64,000 nt of DNA. It comes from Gammaproteobacteria bacterium (GTDB lineage: Bacteria > Pseudomonadota > Gammaproteobacteria > UBA4575). A program made the position numbers and the translations under genes. The notes under the pieces are model-generated. The model ran no database searches and had not been told where the DNA came from. It saw only the letters and a program-made list of their open reading frames with translations. Location: the NCBI GenBank assembly GCA_965222615.1, contig CBDCUI010000009.1, positions 1 to 64,000 of the forward strand, given 5' to 3'. Shown piece by piece: positions 11,153 to 24,380 of this stretch. Positions within the stretch are counted from its first letter, which is position 1. Every line of letters starts with the position of its first letter.

Positions 11153-11908
11153 GTGTTTTTTTCTGCCGATAAAATCAAGGCCTTCGCAATTCATCTTGCC
11201 ATCAGTGCAACCATTGTAGGCATTGTATTTATATTAATTTTCTTTTTTTGGTATCCAAAACCTTTCTTTGAAGCCAACGGGGCATGGACTGTATTACGCG
11301 TATTAGTAGGTGTTGACCTGGTAATGGGGCCATTGCTGACCTTAATATTATTTAAGAAAGGTAAGAAAGGCTTGGTATTTGATATGTGCATGATTGCTGC
11401 AATACAGCTTGCAGCACTAGTATATGGAATACACGTGATTTATGGAGAGCGCCCCTATTACTTGGTATTTGCAGTCGATCGATTTGAAGTAGTGGGCCGT
11501 GTAGAAATTGATGAGTCAAAAATTAAATATCCAGAGTTAAGAGATAAACCCAATGAAGGTCCAATTTTAGTGTTTGCCGATTTTCCTGAAGATCAAGAGG
11601 AGCGCAACGACTTTTTGTTTGAAGTGGTTACGCAAGGCAAACCCGATCTTGAAAGGCGTCCCGAATATTACAAACTTTATCTTCCAAACAAAGAAAAAGT
11701 GATAGAGAAAGGCAGAAAATTAACAGAACTAATAGAGAAAGATAATAAGAATAAAATCATCGTAGAAAAATTTCTTAAAGGGTATAAAAACAAGGAGGAT
11801 GATTTAGTATTTTTACCGTTGATAGGCAAAAATACCGATATGGCTTTAGTGTTAGATAAAACTACGGGCTTGCCTGTCGATGGGATCTCGGTAGATCCAT
11901 GGATTTAA
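11153..11908 (+). CDS. TfpX/TfpZ (FimB-like) type IV pilin accessory protein
   Basis: AFAIHL..S, WYP.PF, VDLVMGPLLTL, LVFAVDRFEVV. Confidence 0.8.
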   Translation: MFFSADKIKAFAIHLAISATIVGIVFILIFFFWYPKPFFEANGAWTVLRVLVGVDLVMGPLLTLILFKKGKKGLVFDMCMIAAIQLAALVYGIHVIYGERPYYLVFAVDRFEVVGRVEIDESKIKYPELRDKPNEGPILVFADFPEDQEERNDFLFEVVTQGKPDLERRPEYYKLYLPNKEKVIEKGRKLTELIEKDNKNKIIVEKFLKGYKNKEDDLVFLPLIGKNTDMALVLDKTTGLPVDGISVDPWI

Positions 11909-11915
11909 TAAGAAG

Positions 11916-12644
11916 TTAGGGTTTCCAGTTGGCGATATCCAAGCTATGATCCAACCTCCATTCAAAATCTATCAAAGATTCATTACAAAGCGGTAGCATC
12001 ATTTCAATATATTTTTTTCTAGGAATGGCTTCAGCACCTAAGCTGGTAAGGTGAGGTGAGGGTAGTTGACAGTCGAGTAATGGAAACCCCCATTTATGTA
12101 AATGTGATACCACATAGGTGAGTGCTACTTTTGAGGCATTGGGTTGAAAGCTGAACATGGATTCACCGTAAAACATTCTGCCAATTAAAACGCCATAGAT
12201 GCCACCAATTAAACGCTCTTGCTCATCCCAAATCTCTACAGAATGTGCAAAACCCTGTTCGTGTAAGGCAGTATAAGCTTCTGCCATGTCTTCGGTAATC
12301 CAGGTGCCACGCGCATAACTTCTCGGGGCAGCACATGCAAGTACAGTTTTTTTGAAGTCACCATCAAATGTTATTGTCCACGGATTCTTACGTAAGGTCT
12401 TTTTAAGGCTAGTGGATATTTTTAACTTGTTTGTGTACAAGATTCCTCTTGGATTAGGTGACCACCACAAAATAGGTTGACCGTCTTCATACCAGGGAAA
12501 AATTCCATTTTGATACGCATTTAATAATCGAGTAATACTTAAATCTCCTCCTGCGGCAAGTAAACCCTCAGGGTTTTGTAATGCATCTTCCACATCGGGA
12601 AACCTTGCATTACTATTCGATGGATCTAGCCAAGTGATATCCAT
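11916..12644 (-). CDS. aat: Leucyl/phenylalanyl-tRNA-protein transferase
   Basis: GLLAAGGDL, AY..GIFPW, WWSPNPR, GESMFS. Confidence 0.96.
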   Translation of the reverse strand: MDITWLDPSNSNARFPDVEDALQNPEGLLAAGGDLSITRLLNAYQNGIFPWYEDGQPILWWSPNPRGILYTNKLKISTSLKKTLRKNPWTITFDGDFKKTVLACAAPRSYARGTWITEDMAEAYTALHEQGFAHSVEIWDEQERLIGGIYGVLIGRMFYGESMFSFQPNASKVALTYVVSHLHKWGFPLLDCQLPSPHLTSLGAEAIPRKKYIEMMLPLCNESLIDFEWRLDHSLDIANWKP

Positions 12645-12653
12645 TACCAGAAC

Positions 12654-13841
12654 TCAATCAAATCGATAAGGCGAAAGCGACATTAATTCTTCACATTCTT
12701 GACGCATAAAGCTTTCTTCACGGTTACAAAAGTCTCGTATAGTAGAGCGAAACTGAGAATCCACAATGTAATGTGCAGACCAGGTCTTGGTTGGAATAAA
12801 TCCTCGACTGATTTTATGTTCACCTTGCGCACCGGGTTCAAAAACACTGAGCTTATTTTCAATGGCATATTCAATGCCTTGGTAATAGCAAGCCTCAAAA
12901 TGTAGGCTATGATATTCCTTTAAACAGCCCCAAAATCGTCCATATAATGCATCAGAGCTGCGAAAATTAATCGCACAGGCAACCAGTTGTTTGTCATGAT
13001 AGGCAAATACTAGAAGTACTTGTGAACCCATTGTTTCACCTATCTGCTTAAAAAATTCTAAACTAAGAGTTGGAAAGCCACTTTTGCGATAAAAGGTGCT
13101 GGCATAAAACGTATGTACTTGTTGCCATAATTCATCATCAAGTTCATTACCGTGTAAACGTTTTATAGCAATATTTTGTTCGGCTACATAACGTCGTTCT
13201 CGGTTTACTTTTTTTCTTTTCCGTGAAATGAAAGTTTCTAGAAAATGATCAAACGATGTGTAATTTTGATTGTGCCAGTGATATTGGCAACCAAGGCGTA
13301 GTGCTAAATCGTGTCGTTTAAAATAATCACATTCCTCGACTTCATTAAACAGCCAATGTATTCCAGACATTTCTAGTTTTTTTGCTTCAGTGAGTGATGC
13401 TGCCACCATTTGATTCGCGATAGCAGCTTTATATTCTGCTACGATGTCAGGTTTTATCAATAGTCGTTTACCGGTAACCGGTGTATACGGAATGGATGAA
13501 ACTAGTTTTGGATAGTAGCTAAGTCCTACTTGCTCATATGCAGAAGCCCACGACCAATCAAATACAAACTCTCCATAAGAATTGGTTTTAATATAGAGTG
13601 GTGTGGCTGCAATGAGTTTGTTGTGCTTATCATATGCAACTAAATGATGGGGAAACCAACCAAACTTATCACCTAAACAATCATTGTATTCTAAAGCGCT
13701 TAGAAACTCATAGCGTAAGAAAGGATGATCATCCTCCAATAAAGCGTTCCAGTCTTCACACCTAATTTCTCTTAGCGAACTAATAAAGCAAAATTTAGAA
13801 GGAGTACTTAAATTTGCTGAAGATGGAACCTCTAATGTCAA
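12654..13841 (-). CDS. GNAT/FemAB-like protein (DUF482)
   Basis: SYGEFVFDWSWA, LHFEACYYQGI, FEPGAQGEHK. Confidence 0.9.
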   Translation of the reverse strand: MTLEVPSSANLSTPSKFCFISSLREIRCEDWNALLEDDHPFLRYEFLSALEYNDCLGDKFGWFPHHLVAYDKHNKLIAATPLYIKTNSYGEFVFDWSWASAYEQVGLSYYPKLVSSIPYTPVTGKRLLIKPDIVAEYKAAIANQMVAASLTEAKKLEMSGIHWLFNEVEECDYFKRHDLALRLGCQYHWHNQNYTSFDHFLETFISRKRKKVNRERRYVAEQNIAIKRLHGNELDDELWQQVHTFYASTFYRKSGFPTLSLEFFKQIGETMGSQVLLVFAYHDKQLVACAINFRSSDALYGRFWGCLKEYHSLHFEACYYQGIEYAIENKLSVFEPGAQGEHKISRGFIPTKTWSAHYIVDSQFRSTIRDFCNREESFMRQECEELMSLSPYRFD

Positions 13842-13861
13842 AATAAAAAAGTAGGTGTAAT

Positions 13862-14845
<984 letters not shown>

Positions 14846-14858
14846 TTAACGGTGGTTT

Positions 14859-14875
14859 AATAAATCTGAGCTTCC
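14859..14875. repeat. Solo end of the MITE family
   Basis: AATAAATCTGAGCTTCC followed by TTAG; one mismatch to the TIR at 46002-46018. Confidence 0.45.
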
Positions 14876-15205
14876 TTAGAGCTATTCTAAAATAATCAGA
14901 GCGCCGTCCTAAAAGGTTGTTCCCGTGAATGGTAAAAAGACGGTGATAGTACCAAATATGGGTAAAGCAATTGGATTTCAAGGCTGATTAGACATGGACA
15001 TGCAAATAAGGTAACAATATACATTAGAGTACTTGCCTAACATTATGGTTTTGCAAAGAACAAAATAATAATGCTCACCTAAGTTGGTCCCATCGAAACT
15101 ATATGATTTTTGAAAATCATATAGATTTACGTAAATTGTTTATATAATATTCAATAGGTTAACTGATAAACCTAAGAGTAGAGATTAATAAGAGTATTCA
15201 TAGCA

Positions 15206-17512
15206 TTGAGACAGGCTACGTTAAAAAAGTCAGCACGAGTGGAATATAATCTTTCCTTGCTCAAAGGTCTGCGTGAAAGTGCATTAGTGGTATTGGTAGC
15301 ACTAGGTGCATATTTAATGGTGGCACTAGTGACTTATGATGGCGCAGATCCGGGTTGGACCCATACCGGTACCAATCAAGTCATTCACAATATGGGCGGC
15401 AAGGTAGGCGCTTATTTTGCTGACTTATTTTTCTTATTATTTGGCTTTTTAGCGTACTTAGCACCATTAATGGTGGCCTATAGTGGTTGGTTGCTATACC
15501 AAGGCCGGCTCGAAAATGCAGGCATAGATTATAAAAATCTTGGCATACGATGGGCTGGTTTTCTATTGACTTTGGCAGCCGGTTGCGGTTTGGCGACGTT
15601 ACATTTTCAGCCAGGATTTTTGCCCAGCTTTGCAGGTGGCATTTTAGGTGATTTAACGGGCAGCAGTTTTGTAGCAGTGTTTAGTTTTGTCGGTGCGACG
15701 TTATTATTGCTGGCATTATTTTTTGCAGGGATCACGATATTTTCCGGTTTTTCCTGGCTGTGGCTGGTCGATGTTACCGGCAAATACACGCTGAAGCTTA
15801 GTGCCTGGATTTGGCAACGGTTTAATGAGTTAAAGGAACATCATTTAGGCAAACGCGCCAAGACGGAACGCAAGGAAGTTGTGCAGGAAACCAAAATTAA
15901 GATTCAAAAGCACTCACGTCCAAGGATTGAACCCACCATAAAAGAAATTGAACCCAGTGAGCGAGTCGAACGTGAACGACAAATTCCACTCTTTAACGCA
16001 GCGGCGGCAACCGATCTACCACCAATCGCCATATTAGACAAGGTGATCGACACTTCTAAAGGTTATACAGAAGAGGCCTTGGAAGCGATGTCACGCCTGG
16101 TTGAGTTAAAATTACTGGATTTTAATGTAGAAGCGGAAGTGGTAGAGGTCCATCCGGGGCCTGTCATTACCCGTTTTGAAGTGCAACTTGCTCCAGGGGT
16201 TAAAGTCAGTAAGGTTTCCAATCTCTCTAAAGACTTGGCACGCGCACTTTCAGTGATAAGCGTACGTGTAGTAGAAGTTATACCTGGAAAATCCTACATT
16301 GGTATTGAAATTCCAAATGAACATCGCGAGTTAGTCGTGCTTAGCGATGTACTGCAATCTGAAGTCTATGATCAAGCACGTTCATCTTTAAGTTTGGGTT
16401 TGGGTAAAGACATCAGCGGCAATCCCATTATCGCGGACTTGTCGCGCATGCCGCACTTATTGGTTGCCGGTACCACGGGTTCAGGTAAATCAGTTGCCCT
16501 GAATGCGATGCTACTAAGTCTTTTGTACAAAGCGACGCCCCAAGATGTACGCATGATCTTAATTGATCCAAAGATGTTAGAGCTTGCCGTGTATGAAGGC
16601 ATACCACATTTACTTTCACCTGTTGTCACCGATATGAAAGAAGCTGCCAATGCCTTACGTTGGTGTGTGGCAGAGATGGAGCGGCGCTATCGACTAATGT
16701 CGTCACTGGGTGTACGTAATATCCAGGGATATAACAACAAAGTTCAAAAAGCCATTGATGAGGGTGAACCGATACTCGACCCCTTAGTCAATATGGAACA
16801 AACAGAGGGATTAGAACCTGCACAACCAGAAGAGTTGAGTGCACTACCCAATATTGTCATTATCGTAGATGAATTTGCCGACATGATGATGGTAGTGGGT
16901 AAAAAGGTGGAAGAACTCATTGCCAGAATTGCACAAAAAGCACGAGCTGCAGGGATACACTTAATATTGGCTACGCAGCGACCTTCAGTAGATGTGATCA
17001 CGGGTTTAATCAAAGCGAATGTGCCAGCAAGGATTGCGTTTCAAGTATCTTCCAAAGTGGATTCAAGAACTATTCTCGATCAAATGGGTGCTGAGCAGTT
17101 ATTAGGACATGGTGACATGTTGTATTTACCACCCGGTACTTCGATCCCGGAACGTGTGCACGGTGCATTTGTTTCCGATGAAGAGGTCCATAAAGTCGTC
17201 GCCTTTCTAAAACAAAAAGGTGAGCCTGCCTATTTAAATGAAATTACCCAAGATCATGCCAATGGTCTGAGTGTCATTCCAGGCTTAGAGCCGCTGAATA
17301 CTCGTGATGAAAGTGAATTAGATCCGCTTTACGACGAAGCCGTAGCCATTGTTACCGAAACGCGTAAGGCTTCTATTTCATATTTACAGCGTCGCTTAAA
17401 AGTGGGTTATAACCGTGCTGCACGTATGATCGAGGAGATGGAGTCGAGTGGAGTCGTGAGCGCGGTGCAATCAAACGGGACTCGTGAAGTTATCGCACCT
17501 GAACCAGTTTAA
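15206..17512 (+). CDS. ftsK: DNA translocase FtsK
   Basis: N-terminal TM domain, [16 protein letters not shown], gamma domain [14 protein letters not shown]. Confidence 0.98.
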   Translation: MRQATLKKSARVEYNLSLLKGLRESALVVLVALGAYLMVALVTYDGADPGWTHTGTNQVIHNMGGKVGAYFADLFFLLFGFLAYLAPLMVAYSGWLLYQGRLENAGIDYKNLGIRWAGFLLTLAAGCGLATLHFQPGFLPSFAGGILGDLTGSSFVAVFSFVGATLLLLALFFAGITIFSGFSWLWLVDVTGKYTLKLSAWIWQRFNELKEHHLGKRAKTERKEVVQETKIKIQKHSRPRIEPTIKEIEPSERVERERQIPLFNAAAATDLPPIAILDKVIDTSKGYTEEALEAMSRLVELKLLDFNVEAEVVEVHPGPVITRFEVQLAPGVKVSKVSNLSKDLARALSVISVRVVEVIPGKSYIGIEIPNEHRELVVLSDVLQSEVYDQARSSLSLGLGKDISGNPIIADLSRMPHLLVAGTTGSGKSVALNAMLLSLLYKATPQDVRMILIDPKMLELAVYEGIPHLLSPVVTDMKEAANALRWCVAEMERRYRLMSSLGVRNIQGYNNKVQKAIDEGEPILDPLVNMEQTEGLEPAQPEELSALPNIVIIVDEFADMMMVVGKKVEELIARIAQKARAAGIHLILATQRPSVDVITGLIKANVPARIAFQVSSKVDSRTILDQMGAEQLLGHGDMLYLPPGTSIPERVHGAFVSDEEVHKVVAFLKQKGEPAYLNEITQDHANGLSVIPGLEPLNTRDESELDPLYDEAVAIVTETRKASISYLQRRLKVGYNRAARMIEEMESSGVVSAVQSNGTREVIAPEPV

Positions 17513-17622
17513 TAGCAAAAGTAAAAGCTTCCATATTATTTACACATTTCTACATTTATATAGTTTATTGGTGAATTATATTTGATATCCATAGTCAAAT
17601 TACTGTGACTAGGAATTAGGTT

Positions 17623-18255
17623 ATGCAACGTATAGCAAAAATATTATCAATACTTTTTTTAATTACATTTTCACTACCTACATTCGGTAGTGATGCGATT
17701 CAGCGTTTGGATAAGTTTTTTGCTGAAGTGAAGTCTTTTAATGGCAGCTTTATCCAAACAGTGTTTGATGAGCAGGGCGAAGTGGTACAGAACGCTGCGG
17801 GTGATGTGGCGTTAAATAAACCAGGACGTTTTCGTTGGCAGTACACCCAACCCTATCCGCAATTGATTCTAGCTGATGGGGAGTACTTGTGGATATATGA
17901 CGAAGAATTGTTACAGGCCAGTGCAAAACCGATCGATGAAGCACTTGGCAATGCACCAATTATGTTGCTCACCGATATACGGCCCCTTAATCAAGATTTT
18001 GAAATTACGGAAGCGACGACCAGGGATGGTCTTAATTGGGTAGAGCTAATTCCATTGGTACAGGACACCGAATTTCACCGTATCCAAATAGGATTTGATG
18101 AAAACAGCATTCGAAAAATGGAATTACACGATCATTTTTCACAAAAAACAGTTATTGAGTTTGCAGATTTGGAAACCAATGTCGCTTTCAAACAAGATCA
18201 TTTCACTTTTACCGTGCCAGAAGGCGTGGATGTCGTTGGTTATCCCGAAAATTAA
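17623..18255 (+). CDS. lolA: Outer-membrane lipoprotein carrier LolA
   Basis: Signal peptide, KPGRFRWQY..PYPQLILADG..LWIYD; follows ftsK. Confidence 0.95.
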   Translation: MQRIAKILSILFLITFSLPTFGSDAIQRLDKFFAEVKSFNGSFIQTVFDEQGEVVQNAAGDVALNKPGRFRWQYTQPYPQLILADGEYLWIYDEELLQASAKPIDEALGNAPIMLLTDIRPLNQDFEITEATTRDGLNWVELIPLVQDTEFHRIQIGFDENSIRKMELHDHFSQKTVIEFADLETNVAFKQDHFTFTVPEGVDVVGYPEN

Positions 18256-18376
18256 ATAGCAAACAACCAAGTTACGAGAAATTAAATTACAGATGAGGGA
18301 TAATATCTGTTTTTAAACTTGGTGTTTTATTATTTCTAGTTTATCTGTCAACCCCTCTGCAGACCTGTTTGAGCAA

Positions 18377-19693
18377 GTGGATGACTATCGTCCACTCGCG
18401 GATTGTATGCGTCCACAAACCTTGGAAAGTTTTATCGGTCAATCCCATCTGCTCGCCAAAGACAAACCTCTACGTCTAGCGATAGAGCAGGGTAAATTAC
18501 ATTCAATGATTTTTTGGGGGCCACCTGGTACCGGTAAAACCACCTTAGCACGAATAATTTCACATACCTCGGATGCACAGTTTATTCCTATTTCTGCAGT
18601 GTTGTCGGGAGTAAAAGAAATCAGACAAGCCATCGAACAAGCCAAAGTACATCTGCAAAGTAGGGGACAAGGCAACGCAAGAAGAACCGTGTTGTTTGTC
18701 GATGAGGTGCATCGTTTTAATAAAGCACAACAAGATGCTTTTTTACCGCATATTGAAGATGGCACCATCTACTTCATCGGGGCGACTACTGAGAATCCCT
18801 CATTTGAATTAAATAATGCATTACTTTCGCGCGCACGAACCTATGTATTAAAAAGGCTAACGCAAGAAGATGTAATACAGTGCATTGAACAAGCCATACA
18901 CAATGATGAGCAAGGATTAGCTAAGCAAGTCGATGCAATCGATGATGATGCAAAAAGCATGTTAGCCATGACCGCAGACGGTGATGCACGACGCGCACTA
19001 AATTTTTTAGAAATCGCAGTAGACCTGCTGGATGATCAAACTAAACACAAAGTCATTACCAAAGAAATCGTTCAAGAAGTCACAGCACAATCGATGCGTC
19101 GCTTTGACAAACAAGGGGAATATTTTTACGATCAAATATCGGCATTGCATAAATCGGTACGAGGTTCCGATCCAGATGCTGCACTGTATTGGTTTTGTCG
19201 CATGATAGACGGTGGTTGCGATCCTCATTACATTGCTCGTCGTGTACTACGCATGGCCAGTGAAGATATTGGTAACGCCGATCCTCGTGGTTTGCAAATT
19301 GCCCTAGATGCCTGGAATACTTATGAGCGACTCGGATCGCCTGAAGGTGAATTAGCCATTGCGCATGCCATTGTGTATTTAACTTGTGTGCCTAAAAGTA
19401 ATGCTGTGTATACTGCGTATAAAGCCGCCATGCACGATGCAAAAGAATACGGCACGCTTGAAGTACCTATGCATATACGCAATGCGCCGACAAAATTAAT
19501 GCGCGAGCTTGGGTATGGGGAAGGTTATCGCTATGCCCATGATGAAACAGATGCTTATGCAGCGGGTGAAGTGTATCTACCAGAAGAATTGCAAGGTGTG
19601 CGTTATTACCATCCAGTAGAAAGAGGCTTAGAACTCAAAATCAAACAACATATGGATACGTTGCGCAACATGATGTCAAACAAAAGCAGCTAA
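18377..19693 (+). CDS. rarA: Replication-associated recombination protein RarA/MgsA
   Basis: [34 protein letters not shown]. Confidence 0.97.
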   Translation: MDDYRPLADCMRPQTLESFIGQSHLLAKDKPLRLAIEQGKLHSMIFWGPPGTGKTTLARIISHTSDAQFIPISAVLSGVKEIRQAIEQAKVHLQSRGQGNARRTVLFVDEVHRFNKAQQDAFLPHIEDGTIYFIGATTENPSFELNNALLSRARTYVLKRLTQEDVIQCIEQAIHNDEQGLAKQVDAIDDDAKSMLAMTADGDARRALNFLEIAVDLLDDQTKHKVITKEIVQEVTAQSMRRFDKQGEYFYDQISALHKSVRGSDPDAALYWFCRMIDGGCDPHYIARRVLRMASEDIGNADPRGLQIALDAWNTYERLGSPEGELAIAHAIVYLTCVPKSNAVYTAYKAAMHDAKEYGTLEVPMHIRNAPTKLMRELGYGEGYRYAHDETDAYAAGEVYLPEELQGVRYYHPVERGLELKIKQHMDTLRNMMSNKSS

Positions 19694-19730
19694 GAATTAG
19701 AGCTATCATAGAATATAGGTATATCGATAT

Positions 19731-20015
19731 ATGGACCAACTTAAGTTAACGAAAGAACTCATCGACAAAATACAACAAGTATTGGTAGAGGAAGATGAAC
19801 GTGCAAAACACCCATTACTTGCAGGCCAATATCTCTCTGCAATTATTGGATTCATGGTTGGCAATCATGATTTACCTTCTGGCGAAAAAAATGAAATCAT
19901 GAATGAACTCAATGCATTTTCAAAATATGTCTACGAGGATATCACCAGACAAAGACAAGTTGCGATGCAACCCAGAGGTGAAGCGTTTGGAATTTGGAAA
20001 CCAGGGGATGGTTAG
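19731..20015 (+). CDS. Hypothetical protein (94 aa)
   Basis: Clean ORF in an intergenic gap; ends AFGIWKPG. Confidence 0.7.
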   Translation: MDQLKLTKELIDKIQQVLVEEDERAKHPLLAGQYLSAIIGFMVGNHDLPSGEKNEIMNELNAFSKYVYEDITRQRQVAMQPRGEAFGIWKPGDG

Positions 20016-20233
20016 TTTCGACTATATTTAAAGTAGAAGAAGCACTTCACATCTTACAGTCAAACATCCCCTTCATCAGCATCAATAACTTCGCCTACTT
20101 CTACGTAATGAAATTTTTCTATTAGAACTTTTTAAACTATTAGAGCAATACGGACCTAATGGAGGAGAATTGCAACAAAATCTACTTCCATATTAGTAAG
20201 ACCTAGTTAAAGAAATCTAAGCTGAAAATTATT

Positions 20234-23200
20234 ATGATTTTCTCCTATCAGCCTCCTGCAAGAGATAAGTACAGGCAAAAAATTTTCGATAGCCATTTGC
20301 TCAATGAAGAGAATTACATTCCATATTTAATTAGCTATCTCAAGCTAGAAAATTCAACCCAAGAAAGTATTAAAAATACCGCAATAGACTTAATTACAAA
20401 AGTAAGAAACCAACCCCAACTAGAAACATTAGATGCATTTTTAAAAGAATATGATCTTTCAACGGAAGCGGGAATTGCTGTCATGTGTATTGCAGAGTCT
20501 ATTCTGCGAATTCCTGATATCCAAACAGGCGATGCATTAATTCAAGATAAGTTAACTTCGGTTGATTGGGAAAAGCATGTTGGGCGCAGTAGTTCTTTAT
20601 TTGTTAATGCATCCACATGGGCTTTTTTATTAACTGGAAAAATACTATATGAGCCAAGTGATAATAATAACGAAATACACAATGCGTTTAGTAAAATTTT
20701 ATCTGAAAGCAGCAAACCTGTCATACGTCAAGCCATACAGCAAGCAATTAAACTAATCAGTAATCACTTCATTATCGGAAGGGCAATTCAAGACGCATTC
20801 GAAAAAAGCCAAGAAAGTAAAAATCGAATCTATAGATATTCATTCGATATGCTCGGTGAGGCTGCAATTACAAGTGAAGATGCTAACAAATACTTTGAAA
20901 AATATATGCTTGCAATTGAACATTTGCATAAATCTGGAGATCATGATCCTATAACTGGGCCTGGTGTATCAATCAAACTTTCTGCATTACATCCTCGCTA
21001 TGAATTTGCCAAATATAAGTCTGTGTTTAATCGATTGTATCCTTATCTAAAAGACTTAGCGCAAGCAGCAAAACGAGCAAATATTAGCTTTGTAATCGAT
21101 GCCGAAGAGACAGAAAGATTAGATTTGCAACTCGATTTGTTTGAGTCTTTATGTAGTGAATCTTGTTTACATAACTGGGATGGTTTGGGGATTGCTGTAC
21201 AGGCTTATCAAAAACGTGTGTTCTCAGTTATCGATTGGTTGATTTCCATTGCAAAGACTACAGATCGAAGACTTATGCTACGTTTAGTGAAGGGAGCTTA
21301 TTGGGATTCTGAAATTAAACGTGCACAGATGCTTGGACTGAAAAATTATCCGGTGTTTACGCGCAAAGAATCAACTGACATCTCATATCTCGCATGTGCA
21401 AAGAAAATACTAAACCATACGGATATGATCTATCCGATGTTTGCAACTCATAACGCGCATACGATTGCCGCTATTTTAAATTTCACAGAGAGTTATAGAG
21501 ATTTCGAATTTCAACGTCTGTATGGAATGGGTGAACAGCTGTATTCGTCTATCATCACTTCTGAGGATCCACCTCTTCCCTGCAGGGTGTACGCACCCTG
21601 TGGTCAGTACAAAGAGTTACTTCCTTATTTAGTGAGACGCTTATTAGAGAATGGAGCGAATACTTCCTTTGTAAATCAAATTTTAGATCCTTCAATATCA
21701 GTTAATCAGGTAGCTGCAGACCCGATACAAAGCCTAAGCAAGCAATCATCTATCCCTAATTCCAAGATTCCTTTGCCACTCAATTTATATCAACCTCATC
21801 GATTGAACTCCATCGGTTTAGATTTAACCCAAGAAAGTACTCTGTTAAATCTTAAAGAAAGATTACAACAAAGTTCTCAAAATCATTGGCGTGCCACATC
21901 AATTATTAATGGTGAACTGCAACAAGGTGAAAAAACTTACGTATACAGCCCTGCAAATCCAAATAAGAAAATTGGATCTGTTGTATGGGCTACTAAAGAA
22001 GATGTAAATTTAGCAGTACAATATGCTCAACTCGCCTTTTCTTCCTGGCAAAAAACCTCTCCTAGCGATCGTGCAAATTGCTTGATTAAGGCCGCAGAAT
22101 TATTAGAAGCCAATACCGACGAATTAATTACACTGTGTATTTTAGAAGCTGGTAAAACAATTGCTAATGCTATAGCTGAAATAAGAGAGGCCATTGACTA
22201 TTGTCGCTATTATGCATATCAAGCAAATACACTATTTAATAGTCCTCTTTCATTTGCAAATTCTACAATTAAAGTAGAGCGCGTAGGTTGTGGTATATTT
22301 GCCTGCATCAGCCCTTGGAATTTTCCATTGGCGATCTTTTTAGGGCAAGTTGTTGCAGCATTAGTAACCGGCAATACTGTAATTGCTAAACCCGCAGAGC
22401 AATCTCCCTTAATCGCTACAAAAGTGATGCAGTTATTGCATCAAGCCGGAGTTCCTGTTGAGGTTTTACATTTAATCGTTGGCAATGGAGAAATTGGCGA
22501 TGCGATTGTAAATGATCATAGGATCGCCGGAGTGGTGTTTACTGGTAGTACTACAGTAGCCCATAGCATCAGTAAAGCGCTCAGTACTGGCGAGCCATGC
22601 TGTAGACCTCTTATCGCAGAGACAGGCGGGATCAATGCAATGATCGTTGACTCAAGTGCTTTGCTTGAGCAGGCGGTTATTGATGTGATTCAGTCTGCTT
22701 TTGATAGTGCCGGTCAAAGGTGCTCTGCACTGCGTGTCGTGTATATGCAAGAAGATATTGCAGAAGAATTTTTACAACTCTTAATAGGAGCAATGGCAGA
22801 ACTTGAAGTGGGTGACCCAAGCGATCTCTGCTCCGATATAGGGCCAATTATTGATCAAAATGCAAAACGCGATCTACAACAATATGAGCAAGAAATTTCT
22901 AAAGTTGCCAAGCTAGTCTATAAAACCAATACCTCGCTAACTTCTAAAGAAGATAACTTCTTTGCACCTTGCGTGTATGAAATTAAGTCGATTAAACAAA
23001 TCAAAAAAGAGGCATTTGGGCCCGTATTACATTTCATCCGATATTCAGCACATAATGTTATTAACGTACTTCAAGAAATAAACGGTTCTGGGTATGGACT
23101 TACTTTTGGTGTGCATAGCCGTGTCAACTCATTCACAAAGCATGCAAGCGAAACTGTGCGCGCAGGTAATATTTATATCAACAGAAATATGATAGGCGCT

Positions 23201-24247
23201 ACGGTTGGTATACAACCGTTTGGGGGTGAAAAGATGTCTGGTACTGGACCCAAGGCTGGTGGACCGCATTATCTCTATAAATTCACCCGCGAAATACGTA
23301 CTAACTTAGATTCATCACAAGTCGATATCAAGTATGAGAGTGAAACGAATAATCTATCTATGGAAAAGCAATGTGTAATTCAATCTTCGGTTGATATCAA
23401 TCAATCCAATAAGAATGAAAATATTTCGCTTATCTCCAAACATATAAAAATCAATGCCAGTGTGGAATATTCCCATTTAGAACATGTTAACAAATCGATA
23501 GGCTTTGCAGAAAAGTCAATTACAGACTTTGATAACATGAGCAATGTGCAACGCATAAAATATTTAAACTATATTTACGAGAACTTAGAAAAATACCGAA
23601 ATGAAATTATTCGTTTATATTCTTCAGAATTTGGCCTAGAAAGAAACCTTGTTCACAAAGAGTTAGATCTAGCAATTTCAATCATCAGTGATTACAAAAG
23701 CTATTTAGATAATAATTCCAATCAAATCATTTTTGAATCAGGGCCAACCGGGGAGCGAAATGAGCTGCATTTACATAACCGCGGAGTATTCACATTCTTT
23801 TGTGATAGGGATCCATGGCTACTTACTTTTAGTAGCACATTAGCCGCCATGATATCAATTGGAAATCCTTTACTTGTTATCGCAAGTAAAAACTCTTTAT
23901 TTACTAGCCACTATTTATTTAGTTATTTAATTCATCCAGAGCTGTATGCAAAGTATATATATTTCCTACCAACTAATAATCAAAACTTGATGACAAGCTT
24001 ATATTCCGACTCTAGGATTTCTGGTTATATCATTGCTACAACTAGCTCAAATTTAGTTGAGGCTGAAAAACTCATCGCCAATCGAGATGGACCACTTACA
24101 CCACTAATCGTAGACTTGGAAAACCAAGTCACAGGTGGACTATTGGCAAATCTGAATAATCTATACCTTATATGTACAGAACGTACGGTTTCAACTGATA
24201 CAACTGCAATTGGTGGAAATGCAACGCTTTACAATATGAAAGTCTAA
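20234..24247 (+). CDS. putA: Bifunctional proline dehydrogenase / P5C dehydrogenase PutA
   Basis: SFDMLGE, SIKLSALHPRY, RLVKGAYWD, YLVRRLLENGAN, ETGG.NAMIVD, SAGQRCSAL, C-terminal DTTAIGGNATL. Confidence 0.95.
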   Translation: MIFSYQPPARDKYRQKIFDSHLLNEENYIPYLISYLKLENSTQESIKNTAIDLITKVRNQPQLETLDAFLKEYDLSTEAGIAVMCIAESILRIPDIQTGDALIQDKLTSVDWEKHVGRSSSLFVNASTWAFLLTGKILYEPSDNNNEIHNAFSKILSESSKPVIRQAIQQAIKLISNHFIIGRAIQDAFEKSQESKNRIYRYSFDMLGEAAITSEDANKYFEKYMLAIEHLHKSGDHDPITGPGVSIKLSALHPRYEFAKYKSVFNRLYPYLKDLAQAAKRANISFVIDAEETERLDLQLDLFESLCSESCLHNWDGLGIAVQAYQKRVFSVIDWLISIAKTTDRRLMLRLVKGAYWDSEIKRAQMLGLKNYPVFTRKESTDISYLACAKKILNHTDMIYPMFATHNAHTIAAILNFTESYRDFEFQRLYGMGEQLYSSIITSEDPPLPCRVYAPCGQYKELLPYLVRRLLENGANTSFVNQILDPSISVNQVAADPIQSLSKQSSIPNSKIPLPLNLYQPHRLNSIGLDLTQESTLLNLKERLQQSSQNHWRATSIINGELQQGEKTYVYSPANPNKKIGSVVWATKEDVNLAVQYAQLAFSSWQKTSPSDRANCLIKAAELLEANTDELITLCILEAGKTIANAIAEIREAIDYCRYYAYQANTLFNSPLSFANSTIKVERVGCGIFACISPWNFPLAIFLGQVVAALVTGNTVIAKPAEQSPLIATKVMQLLHQAGVPVEVLHLIVGNGEIGDAIVNDHRIAGVVFTGSTTVAHSISKALSTGEPCCRPLIAETGGINAMIVDSSALLEQAVIDVIQSAFDSAGQRCSALRVVYMQEDIAEEFLQLLIGAMAELEVGDPSDLCSDIGPIIDQNAKRDLQQYEQEISKVAKLVYKTNTSLTSKEDNFFAPCVYEIKSIKQIKKEAFGPVLHFIRYSAHNVINVLQEINGSGYGLTFGVHSRVNSFTKHASETVRAGNIYINRNMIGATVGIQPFGGEKMSGTGPKAGGPHYLYKFTREIRTNLDSSQVDIKYESETNNLSMEKQCVIQSSVDINQSNKNENISLISKHIKINASVEYSHLEHVNKSIGFAEKSITDFDNMSNVQRIKYLNYIYENLEKYRNEIIRLYSSEFGLERNLVHKELDLAISIISDYKSYLDNNSNQIIFESGPTGERNELHLHNRGVFTFFCDRDPWLLTFSSTLAAMISIGNPLLVIASKNSLFTSHYLFSYLIHPELYAKYIYFLPTNNQNLMTSLYSDSRISGYIIATTSSNLVEAEKLIANRDGPLTPLIVDLENQVTGGLLANLNNLYLICTERTVSTDTTAIGGNATLYNMKV

Positions 24248-24380
24248 ACTGTTTATAGTTATCCCTGTTAAGTTGTATGGCGTGTTTTACACTCTAGTAG
24301 TCAACTTTATTTTAAATATATTTAATCAACTCAAATAATAGAAAACTAATTGATCCATTGATTGTGCTATCAAACAGTCA

